Position numbers and translations under genes: made by a program | Origin: Rhodosorus marinus CCMP1338 | Lineage: Eukaryota; Plantae; Rhodophyta | Assembly: GCA_029953675.1 (NCBI GenBank) | Contig: JAMWBK010000012.1 | Location: 682,001-746,000 of the forward strand | Length of the DNA stretch: 64,000 nucleotides | Reading direction: 5' to 3' | Part shown: positions 1-10,000 of the stretch, piece after piece | How positions within the stretch are numbered: position 1 is the stretch's first letter | How the letters are laid out: each line of letters begins with the position of its first letter | Notes under the pieces: model-generated | The model's database searches: none | What the model saw: only the letters and a program-made list of their open reading frames with translations | What the model was told of the DNA's origin: nothing

Positions 1-276
1 AGTGCGAGATTCTGGACAGGATTTCTCGTTTCGACGACTCTCACCGGATAAGTCGCTGACTCTGTCTATCGGATTGGACGCTTTCCTGGGAGATCGAGAT
101 TACGGTCAAGTTTCACCTTGCTCACGTGGTAGAATGCTGGGTATGCAGCTTTAACCTTTCCAGAAGGAGGTTGAAGCGATAAATCTTCCGATAGAACGAG
201 CAGCCCTGTTCTAAAGCTCAATTGTTTGTTGGAAAGTTCCACTCGAAAGCTAAGGTAGGGATGGTAATGCATAAGG

Positions 277-3200
277 ATCGAACGAATGGTTTAATCGGAG
301 GCTGAAAAAAAAAACCCGAGGGGAAAAAAAGACTAAGCGCGGCGAAGTACTCGCGCCTCCAACATCAAAGCGGCATTCATGCGCCACAGCAGGAAACTTA
401 AGCGGGTAAACCACGATTGAAGACGGTCAGGGCGTTCGCGGAACAACTCCCGAAGCCAGCGAGAACCAACAGAGTCCATGAACCCAAAGCACTCAATGAT
501 CAGGGGTACCAAGCGATGTGCTAGTGCCGAAGCACGAACACCAGGGGAAGACAAAGCCCCCGCGTATTTGATCTCTTTGCGGCGTCTCATGCTGGCGGCG
601 GCAGATCCACGGCGCTCCCCCGCAGCCGGGAGATAACGACTAGCTTGAGGGTTAGGAACAGCAAGATCAACGTATGTGGTACGGCGGCTGTCGTCACAGG
701 TGATCACCAGGTCGGCTACACGGCGTTCATCATTTTGAAAGTCCGCGACGGGTAAAGGTTTCTCACTTTCGATTTCCAGACCGGCTTGCCGGACTATAGG
801 CCGAAGTTCCCGGTATAACAGGTTCAAGATCCGTGTGTGGCGGCGGGTTCGAGCACCTTTCACCGCCGGGCAACTAGCGAGCAGGTGGGCGCCAAAATCT
901 GCGTTGTCTTCAGTCTGAGAGCAGAGAGGGCACGACGAACCCATCTCGTACGGCCAAGGGGGCTGATGTAAGCCGAGGTATAAGCGCAGTGAAGTACGCA
1001 CTTCGAAATCCGACAATGTGAGTGGCGGAAAGGCTGGTACGGTCATGAGCCACTGAGAGCTAATAACCCCTCCAAGACTACGTAGGCGGGCGCGAGCGCG
1101 AGAAGATGAGACCATCTGCGCGAGGAGTCGGCCATATGCAGCACGGTGCAAGTCCCAAGAAAGGATATTTTGCAGCGCATCCGTGCGTGCTTGAGCTCGG
1201 CTCCCAGCGCGCTGGGAATCATCGTGAGGATCAACTGGAACTTCTTCTTCTGCGGCAACCACTAGGTCAATCTCCCCTAGAACAGGTTCAGGCGCAGGAC
1301 GAATCCCGGGGCGGAGCCTCGAGAGCGGTCAAATACAGCTCGCCAGTCAGGAAGACGGGGTTGAACGGTTTCGGGGAGACTAGTACAGGAATTCAGGGCG
1401 GTTTGGAGCTCCAGAAACAAGTCTTGGGCGCTTTCCGGTACGCTGGGAAGCAAGACACCCCGCGAGAGGCTCGCCATCAAATTGCGGAACTTCGAGATAC
1501 CCAAGCTGCTCAAAGTGGGAAGTGCGGTTCCCCAGGCCCCTACTGCGGCTGCAGGTTGGACCACAACACGATTGCAGAGGCCCAGTCCCCCCAATCTCAA
1601 TGGGAGGCCTACCTGGGCGCGCACAACATCACAGGTGGGTCGCGGCAGAGCGCTCAGCTCTTCATCGAGAAAATACCCAAGGTCACGGAAGATTTCAGCA
1701 TCCGCACGAGTGGCCAACCACCGGCCCCAATGAGTTGGAAGTGAGCGGAGCCAATAGGTTAACCGCTGACTGCAACAATACCGAAACAGCAACAACGAGC
1801 ACTGGAGAAAGCCCGGAGGGAGCCGTCGAAGCTCTGCAACCAGCTGTCTGTGCTTACCGAGGATCTGCAGCAACTCGCCTTCAACGAAGGACGGCGACCC
1901 GTAGGGGATGCCTAAGTGGACAAAACCATCCGGTCTCCAAATATCCTGGAACGACGCAGGTACTTGCTGCTCTTGTGCAGCTACACCTCCCCAGTAGAAC
2001 GATTTGTGATGATTAACCTCCAAGTCAACCCGCGAAGCCAAGGAGCGGAGACGATCATAAGCGAGCGCTAGAGTATCAGGGGGCCCCAGGAGGCACACGT
2101 CGTCGTGGTATGCAACCGTACGAACCTGCGGGAATTCGGAGCGAAGACAAAGCAAGACGAGTTGTAGTCCACAGGCATGTAGGAAAGGGGACAAGGGATC
2201 ACCCTGTTGTACCCCTGTGCGCGCCGCAAACGTGTGTGAGGAAGCGCCAAGGGTGTCATAGGTAGCCCCACGACCAAGCGGAGAATGAAGTCTACTAACA
2301 AAGGGAAAGCCTACAGGGAAGACTTCGCGCACCACGTGCATGAGAGCCGGACGAGAGACGCGGTTGAACGCATTGGTAAAATCTACAGAGAGGAGCCCAG
2401 AATCTGGGGAGTACGCCATTTCCGAACGGAGCAAAACAGACAAAAACTCACAGCCACCACGATAGCCCACGCCTAACTGCACGTGCCCAAAGAAACGGCG
2501 GGATTCGGGAACCAGGATTTTCACTAACCATCGCGCCGCCAATTTGCGGACCACCTCAACCAGGCCAATAGGGCGAATAGCAGGGCTCGAGGCCGTGTGG
2601 CCGGGCTTCGAAAGCAGACACGACTGCGAACGCCCGACCAAGAACCACGCACACTCACACAGGGGATCACCATTCACAAGCGCTTCGACCACCCACGCAA
2701 ACGCCTTCAAACCTTCATCACTTAAGAAACGGAGATATTCCACCCGCAGCCCGAGGGCCCTGGGGAACGGCCCTTCGGAGCATCATGAACCAACTCACGC
2801 ACCGCCTCCAGATTGACCACTAACCGTGCACTGGGATGTGGCGCGGCGCGGTACTCTTCCAACACTGATTCAAACGCCACTCACACTGTCGGATTTCGAA
2901 GTGCGTACTTCACTGCGCTTATACCTCGGCTTACATCAGCCCCCTTGGCCGTACGAGATGGGTTCGTCGTGCCCTCTCTGCTCTCAGACTGAAGACAACG
3001 CAGATTTTGGCGCCCACCTGCTCGCTAGTTGCCCGGCGGTGAAAGGTGCTCGAACCCGCCGCCACACACGGATCTTGAACCTGTTATACCGGGAACTTCG
3101 GCCTATAGTCCGGCAAGCCGGTCTGGAAATCGAACGTGAGAAACCTTTACCCGTCGCGGACTTTCAAAATGATGAACGCCGTGTAGCCGACCTGGTGATC

Positions 3201-4182
3201 ACCTGTGACGACAGCCGCCGTACCACATACGTTGATCTTGCTGTTCCTAACCCTCAAGCTAGTCGTTATCTCCCGGCTGCGGGGGAGCGCCGTGGATCTG
3301 CCGCCGCCAGCATGAGACGCCGCAAAGAGATCAAATACGCGGGGGCTTTGTCTTCCCCTGGTGTTCGTGCTTCGGCACTAGCACATCGCTTGGTACCCCT
3401 GATCATTGAGTGCTTTGGGTTCATGGACTCTGTTGGTTCTCGCTGGCTTCGGGAGTTGTTCCGCGAACGCCCTGACCGTCTTCAATCGTGGTTTACCCGC
3501 TTAAGTTTCCTGCTGTGGCGCATGAATGCCGCTTTGATGTTGGAGGCGCGAGTACTTCGCCGCGCTTAGTCTTTTTTTCCCCTCGGGGTTTTTTTTTCAG
3601 CCTCCGATTAAACCATTCGTTCGATTCAAACGAGGAGTCCCAAGGGGAGCCTTCCGAGGGAAAGAGCAAACGGAGCGGTGAAGAAAGATCATCGGAGTAT
3701 GGAACCACAGGCTGCCGCTGCTGGAGGATCCCGGCTGCCCGCCGCAGATCACCGCCTGCCACCGCGTGACGCGCCCGATTCTGTCGAGAAGACCTAAAAG
3801 CTGAGGGAGCACTAGGAGAAAAGGAAGAGAGAGAAGCGAAATAAAGACGTTCGAGGTCCGCAAAGTCGCCGGAAAGGAACATTTGCAGTTTTCGGCGAGG
3901 GTGGACCCGGCGAGGATGTGGGTTGAGGGGGACGGTAGAGGAGGTGAGCACGAGGCGGGGAATAAAGAACAAGAGTTCCCAGCGAAGAGAGCAGTGAGGG
4001 TTCGCGGCGACCTGCTGCCAGAGAAAATCCAACACCAATCCTAGGGGCTTATGAAGTCGACGAGGGAGCCGTACGGCGGTGCTCTGACGACAAAGGGGAA
4101 GGGAACCGTCCGGGTAGGAGGCGACAAGGTGCGAAAACCACGAGAGAACACGCTCATGCCAGGCTGAGCGGTCACATAAGGA
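277..4182 (-). mobile_element. CRE-clade (CRE/Cnl1/MoTeR-like) non-LTR retrotransposon with RT, CCHC-type zinc finger and restriction-like endonuclease; interrupted by a nested insertion and two frameshifts
   Basis: N-terminal part 4182-3633 (LPRRLHKPLGLVLDFL...LLFFIPRLVL...RARHAVAGGDLRRAAGIL...LLFP). RT 2866-1277 (RSPGPSG/LRVEYL, IRPIGLVEVVRKLAAR, QLGVG, VDFTNAFN, GVQQGDPLSP, YHDD). C-terminal 1262-333 with CPLC...HLLASC and ADLVI...YVDLAV...KEIKY. A -1 G frameshift at ~2750 and a second frameshift at ~1280-1330. Confidence 0.9.
2867..3632 (+). mobile_element. 5'-truncated antisense copy (~750 bp) of the same CRE element, flanked by a 10-bp target-site duplication GATTCAAACG
   Basis: 2875-3625 is the reverse complement of 277-1027, with only three differences spotted by eye. 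GATTCAAACG occurs at 2867-2876 and 3623-3632. Removing 756 bp restores the host frame: ...WDSSFES|VLEEYRAAPHPSARLVVNLEAVRELVHDAPKGRSPGPSG. Confidence 0.92.
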
Positions 4183-4573
4183 TCAGGGGAACAATATCCT
4201 TTTTTGGAAAGTATTCGCAATTTCCAAGTCCTGCAATAACTTTTATTTTTCGTTTTGAAGGCAAGAGTACTATATTTGCTTAGGCAGACTAAGGTTGTAG
4301 CCACTTCTGTTCCACGCACACCTTGCGGATGAAAGAACCGGAGCAGCAAGCAGTTTGGAATGAAATAAATGAGGCCAGCTGCTCTGGCTCCTTAGACTGG
4401 ACTTTACTGGACTTTACTAGCATAGCCTGAAGCGCTACGCAAGGCGTGAAGATGAACTAATAACTAGGGAGGGAAGTATGCAACCCCAGGCGCCGATGGC
4501 GCGCCTCGGAAAGCATGTCGCTGACTTTACTAGCATAGCTCCTTAGACAGCTCGCATAGATTATTTTGAAAGG

Positions 4574-7045
4574 TTAGTTCTGTTTGACTTTGACATTATC
4601 GAACCAGCACGTGCTCTTATTATCTGCAGACGAGAGGCGGACTTCGACCGTTCCACGGGCATTTTTGAAAGACGCAGTTTTCTGATTCCATCCTGTTTTG
4701 TTCGAACTTTTCCTTCCGAGGAGCTTCCCGTTTTGCTTGAGCACAAGCTCGCAGTTGTCACTGGCGCGCTTTTTCTTAATATAAGCGGACACACTAACGT
4801 TCTTATTTGTGCTTACATTGAACGCCTGCTTTATCGTTCCGCCTGCGCTGACCTTTACAGAGCGCTTGCCTTTATAGCTCCTGCTGTTGTCGAGCTGTAC
4901 ATTCCCGCTCTTCGTCCATCCAGATAGGTTATTCGAAAAATCTCCATTCTTGAAGTTTCCAGATGACGGAGGTGCTACACCACCACCGTTGCCGCCATTA
5001 CCGGAGTTGCCAGAATCACCACCGCTGTTCCCATCGCCAGGTTCCACTGTTCCACCACCGCCGGACAGCTGCTCCGTGATTATCGTAACCGAACTAATCT
5101 TTGCATTGAACTTGTTGCACTTGCTGCAACTACACGTCACCGCGACTTCTGAGCTCTGTTTCAGGGAACTCAAGGACGCGTAGTATTCGAACATCATCCA
5201 CCGGGATTCGCTATTGTTTTCAGGTCCGAAAGAATTGGCTGGTCTCGAAAGGTTCACACCGTTCAGTTTTGCATCACATTTCACGTTCAGAACATCACTG
5301 TAGCCGCCCAGTGCCACTCGGACCTTCACGGTTCCTTTGCCGGTTGGCAAATTCTTGAAAGAGAACTTTTGCGTATTCGCGGTCGACTTCCCATAAGCCT
5401 GGCTTATCGGCACTACCTCACGGCCGCTGAAATGCCTTGTGACCTTTGAACTTCTCCTCGCCTTGGGTGAAACCCGCAGGGGAATCTTTATAATGACAAA
5501 CTCGTTCGGGCTCAAGGACAAGTTCCCAGCAAGCTTGACAAGAGCGGACGAGCTGCTAATTTTTTGTTTGGTAAGAGCCGGGACTCCAGACCAAGGCAAT
5601 TTGTGGCTCTTGGCACAACTCTGGGTGGACGAAGAACTCTTGAGTAGCAACCTCCGCAGTTCAGCTCCCTCCGAACTCAGAGTTGGGATTCCGTCGACGA
5701 ACTTCAGATTGGCAGTCTGCTTATTCTTTGAAAAATTCTTCAGCATCACCCAGAACGTGTTGCCGTCTTTCATTAGATGTGCCTGCACTTTCGTGCTCTG
5801 GGTGGATGCGCTGTAGTATTGACCTTTCACTCCTTCCAGAATCTCGTAGAGCTTTATGAGATGAGTCCACACTGTCTTTCCGTTTACCTTTCTCTGCAAG
5901 CTCCACGGCAAAGGATTTCCCTTGGAGTCATAGGTCCCTTCAAGAGCGAAAGGTACCGCTTTCAAAATCAAATCTGGGTGAGCCGAAAACTGCGATATCA
6001 TGGCGGTGATCGTGTTGAGAATAGCCCAATCTCGAGTTGCACAATATGGTCTTGCGGTTTTTGCAGCCGCGCCCTTTGTTCCGCTTGCTGACACGAACCA
6101 CACGTCGTTAGATCCCGCGGCGAACTCACTGACGATGATGGGCATCGGCTTTCCAAGCTGGTTTTTTGTATGAGCCCATACCAGGTCCATCATCCCCTCA
6201 ATATGCCCTCCTCGCATAAGCACTTCACCCGCACCCTGCTTGTAAGAATCGTACGTGTGGAAGGAGTAGAATTTCATGGATTTTCCAGCTTCCTTGGTAA
6301 ACGGTACCAGTCTGTTCTCATACGGCAAGAAGTCTTGTCTAACGAAATCGGACCAACCGGATGCCCAACCACCACACAAAGGCTGGCAGCTTCCGCTTTT
6401 CAGCTTGGAAGTCACAACGTCACAAACGGCCTTGTGGAATTTCCCGATTTTGGCGAACGCTGCTTTTCGCTGTTCGTTTGAAGCCTTGCTATTGGTTTTC
6501 CTCGGATCTACGTACACCATCCCCTCGTTGACGGGTTCCAGGTACTTTGGGCAGTTGATATTCTGCTCCTTGTCCTGCAGCATTGGGAGAAAGTTTGCCA
6601 CATATTCACCGTATTTCGCATTCGAGATATTGTTGTCTTTGATATAGTCGAGTAGCTCAAAACCATCGGTCATCACTATGTCTTCGGACCCTCCGAATTT
6701 CTTGCACTCGTTGGACCTCGAGCATATCTTGGTGTATGTGTTCGCTCTTTTTTTCAGCTCTGCATTATTGGGATTCTTTATGGCATCAGGTGCTCCTCTT
6801 CTAAAGGGTCCCCTCCCAGTTCTTCCTTCCGTCGCGCCGAGGTCGCCCATCAAGTACGATACACTTGAAGGGGACATCGACTGCCCTTGCACCGTGAAAT
6901 GCCCGGAAGCGAATTTGTCTCGCGTCCACTGGGTCTCACCCCCGATGGATCTCGGGCAATACAGATCAAGCTCGACTTGAACTGCCCATACTGAGATCAG
7001 CAAACTCACGAAGACAGCAACCGCCGACCCCTTCATCGCTCGCAT
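4574..7045 (-). CDS. Secreted GH86 beta-porphyranase/agarase-like glycoside hydrolase with Gly-rich linker and C-terminal carbohydrate-binding (galactose-binding-like) module, 823 aa, intronless
   Basis: Signal peptide MRAMKGSAVAVFVSLLISVWA. Clan GH-A motifs typical of BpGH86A-like enzymes: YLEPVNE (acid/base), FYSFHTYD, GGHIEGMMDLV, PIIVSEF (nucleophile), LILKAVPF, WTHLIKLYEILEGVKG. GGGG...GNSGG linker, then FKNGDFSNNLSGW...CWFDNVKV CBM-like domain. Confidence 0.8.
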   Translation of the reverse strand: MRAMKGSAVAVFVSLLISVWAVQVELDLYCPRSIGGETQWTRDKFASGHFTVQGQSMSPSSVSYLMGDLGATEGRTGRGPFRRGAPDAIKNPNNAELKKRANTYTKICSRSNECKKFGGSEDIVMTDGFELLDYIKDNNISNAKYGEYVANFLPMLQDKEQNINCPKYLEPVNEGMVYVDPRKTNSKASNEQRKAAFAKIGKFHKAVCDVVTSKLKSGSCQPLCGGWASGWSDFVRQDFLPYENRLVPFTKEAGKSMKFYSFHTYDSYKQGAGEVLMRGGHIEGMMDLVWAHTKNQLGKPMPIIVSEFAAGSNDVWFVSASGTKGAAAKTARPYCATRDWAILNTITAMISQFSAHPDLILKAVPFALEGTYDSKGNPLPWSLQRKVNGKTVWTHLIKLYEILEGVKGQYYSASTQSTKVQAHLMKDGNTFWVMLKNFSKNKQTANLKFVDGIPTLSSEGAELRRLLLKSSSSTQSCAKSHKLPWSGVPALTKQKISSSSALVKLAGNLSLSPNEFVIIKIPLRVSPKARRSSKVTRHFSGREVVPISQAYGKSTANTQKFSFKNLPTGKGTVKVRVALGGYSDVLNVKCDAKLNGVNLSRPANSFGPENNSESRWMMFEYYASLSSLKQSSEVAVTCSCSKCNKFNAKISSVTIITEQLSGGGGTVEPGDGNSGGDSGNSGNGGNGGGVAPPSSGNFKNGDFSNNLSGWTKSGNVQLDNSRSYKGKRSVKVSAGGTIKQAFNVSTNKNVSVSAYIKKKRASDNCELVLKQNGKLLGRKSSNKTGWNQKTASFKNARGTVEVRLSSADNKSTCWFDNVKVKQN

Positions 7046-10000
7046 GCGAGTTTCTCTTCACAACGAGGCCACAAAACGTGACTTTCCTACAGATTCACCA
7101 CTACTATATCGGTCCTCTACACACAATCCTTGGTACCACAGGTTTCACCAACCCTCTTATTGCTACCAAACTGCGAATTCACCTACACCAGTTCCCACCA
7201 AAAGAATATACTTGCTGATCTTAGAAGCAAGTCAGAGTCGATCAGAGAGCGATTCCTCTCCTTAAATAGGCAAGCACCGGATCACCAGAACGCATGCGCA
7301 CGTGATTTCTAGGTTTTCGGGATACTCACTCATAGTCGAGGCAGAAGGTTTCGCCCCTGGTCGCTACGTTCGGACTCCATTGAGAATTTAACTGGAATAA
7401 GCGGAAAAACAAGGGAAATACATTTCGACATGTCCGGTTCCCACGCCCGCACACAGTCCGTACTCGTTCAGCAGCTGAAACTCATTTCCGAATGTCTGAC
7501 CCGTTGACGAGAAAAGCAGCTTAAGCTCACTAGCCTTCCATCAGTTCGCCCTGACGATCTAACCACTAGACTCAACTCTGGCGAAAAGTGATTGTAGTAC
7601 TTTTCGCCTGAACCGACCCATGCTTCCCCCAAAAACAATGAAAGGAGAAAACACAAAGGCGCCGAAAAAGAAGAAAATACCGTTCGTTTCTATTCTGAGC
7701 AGAGCGCACCACAGATCGACTCGATCAATGGCAACCCGCTTCCAACTGCCACTGCCGCGATCGATTTGAATACTTGAAAAACCCTAGACTTTTACCCCTA
7801 TGCTTTGTAAAGCAAAAATTCCACTTTTCAAGAAATGCCGTTGGAACTCTCGCTGAGTTCATGTCAGTTAAAATAAATCAAATCAAATCGAGGTCTTCGG
7901 CCGTGGATTATGGACATTTTCTTCTATTTTATATGTTAATCTCAACCAATGGACATGTCCTTGAATTATGTTGTGGCAGAACGATGAATTTACTGGGTTT
8001 CGGGAGGGGGCCCCGGGAGGGGTTCGGGAGGGGGTGGGGGTACCAACTTGTTTTCCCATATTGTTTTGTGTTTTACCAACAGCATCAGGGAGGAAGACGG
8101 ACGGACGGGTCATGCGTTCGGGACGGTTCGTTGGCAAGCGAATATTTGAACGGACGATACACTTGGCGATGGAGGTTGAGCGTATGAATCGGGACGAAGG
8201 GAGAAGATTAAATTGTTCGTTAGTGCTTATGGGGGTGCGGGAGGGGGGCTCTGAAGAGTGTGAATTGCCTCCTTAGGGTTCCTAAGCTCTCTGTTCAGGT
8301 ACACTTTCGACGTCAACATCGACACATCGAACTAGGTTGTCGCCCTCTGGGAAATTTTATGAACGGTTCTGTAAACTGCGATAGAATTGGAAATCACGAT
8401 TCCGTGTCGCGATCGCTTTAGGGTTCCAATCCATTTCCACCAAAACGAGACTTCGTTTTAATGCCGCTCTTGTTTATTCTCCACCCTTTCTAAATCTATT
8501 GAATCGTGATGTGTTCGTAGGCCCTTCCGCTCTCCCCCCCCCCCGGCAACGTTTTCGCGAGCTGCAGCAGAACAGGTCTTCAAGGACCTGGACAAAAACA
8601 AAGATTTGCATGGCCCAGTTTATGGACACCCACCGGAGTATTTATTTCGCCACAGCACAACATCTGACCTACCCGCGAAGCATTCCGCTTTAGCCAAGTC
8701 TGATGTTTCCAAAAAACAAAAAAAGCCTACCCGAAAGAGAGAGAGGGGGGGGGGAAGGGATCATCATCACCTTATGCTCTTTAGTCACAAAAACCCACCT
8801 GCTCAGGATCTCTTTATGCCCTAGACAACACAGGCACCGGCCAGCCCTCCCCACCTCCCCCCAGCCACCTCCTTCAAAAATGATCCTCTTCAAAATCAAG
8901 TCATCTTTTCCCAAACGCGTTGTTTTGGGGTCCTAAACCAAAACAACTAGTCAGTAAAGAAAAGGAACTGAGCGATCCGAGCTTTCCATTGGACGACTGA
9001 AACGAAAAAACTTGAATTCAAAACTCCATCCATGTTCACCCAAAAAGCTTTTAAAATATTTTCAATTCAATAAGTTGGGATCGCTTTATTGGAAACTGTC
9101 ACGGCGACAACTAAATTTGTATCGACAATGATTGGCTGTAGAACTTAGTATGACGTAGTAATTTCGATATCGTCATGAATTTTGATTGAATCTGATCGTG
9201 CGATCGAAAAGGCTGGCTGGTCGCTGCTTAGAAAATCGTCCCATCGAGACTGTGGGAGGGAATGCTACACGAGGTAAGCGTCTCATTTGGCCATGGCCGT
9301 GAGAGTCCCTCTCTCAACCCAGTTTGAATACTAGAAGGTGGAAATGATCCCCTCCCCCTTCCACTGCGAGAAGTTTTTTTGGGGCTCCTCGGATGGTTTC
9401 AAGCCTGTTTATGATTGAAGTGAACGTGTCCAACTGAATGTGTTTAGGTGTGAGGCGGAGCAAAAAGAACGTGTGGGGGCGGGGGGAGGAGGCTACTGAA
9501 TAGAGAGAGATAATGCGCCTGGAAAAAAAAAGTAGCGTTCATACGCCACAATCGGAAACTCGAACGGGTAAACACGAGCCGTTGTTCACCACCGCCTCCT
9601 CCCCCGCCGGAGAGAGGAATTCTCGGAACACAACTGAAAATGGTTATCCAAACTGATGTAGCATTGAAATGAACGTGTCCAAACGAATCTGCTCACACAC
9701 GGACGGGCGGGCGTGTGAGCAGCGATTGCGTTCAGCTTGAAAGAATAAAAAAAAGAAAGACTTGGAAAATGCTTTCTCGGTGGATAACAACCACCATTTG
9801 CAGATCGTGTTATGGATGAATGGGATGATAACTGCAAGTGAATGTCAAGGCTCGAAATCGAAATATCTCTTTTTGCAGTTTTTCAACCTTTTCAGCGGGA
9901 CATATGAATCACACAAAAAAAGGCAAACCCAGTTGAAAGCTCCTATCGCCTGCGGGAACGGAAGACTCAGTCCACACCAAAGCGAGGAGCCTTTCCTACC

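Noticed and set aside
66-272. AYPAFYHVSKVK resembling the gypsy post-integrase FHVS motif
   Set aside because: Single short motif with no supporting integrase or chromodomain residues within the window.
4389-4550. Short permuted repeats GACTTTACTAGCATAGC / CTCCTTAGAC
   Set aside because: Only two copies. They may be CRE 5' repeats or the GH86 3' region and cannot be assigned.
7995-8040. G-quadruplex-like tract sharing GGGGTTCGGGAGGGG with 23087-23101
   Set aside because: G-rich leaders are common throughout this window, so a low-complexity coincidence is likely.
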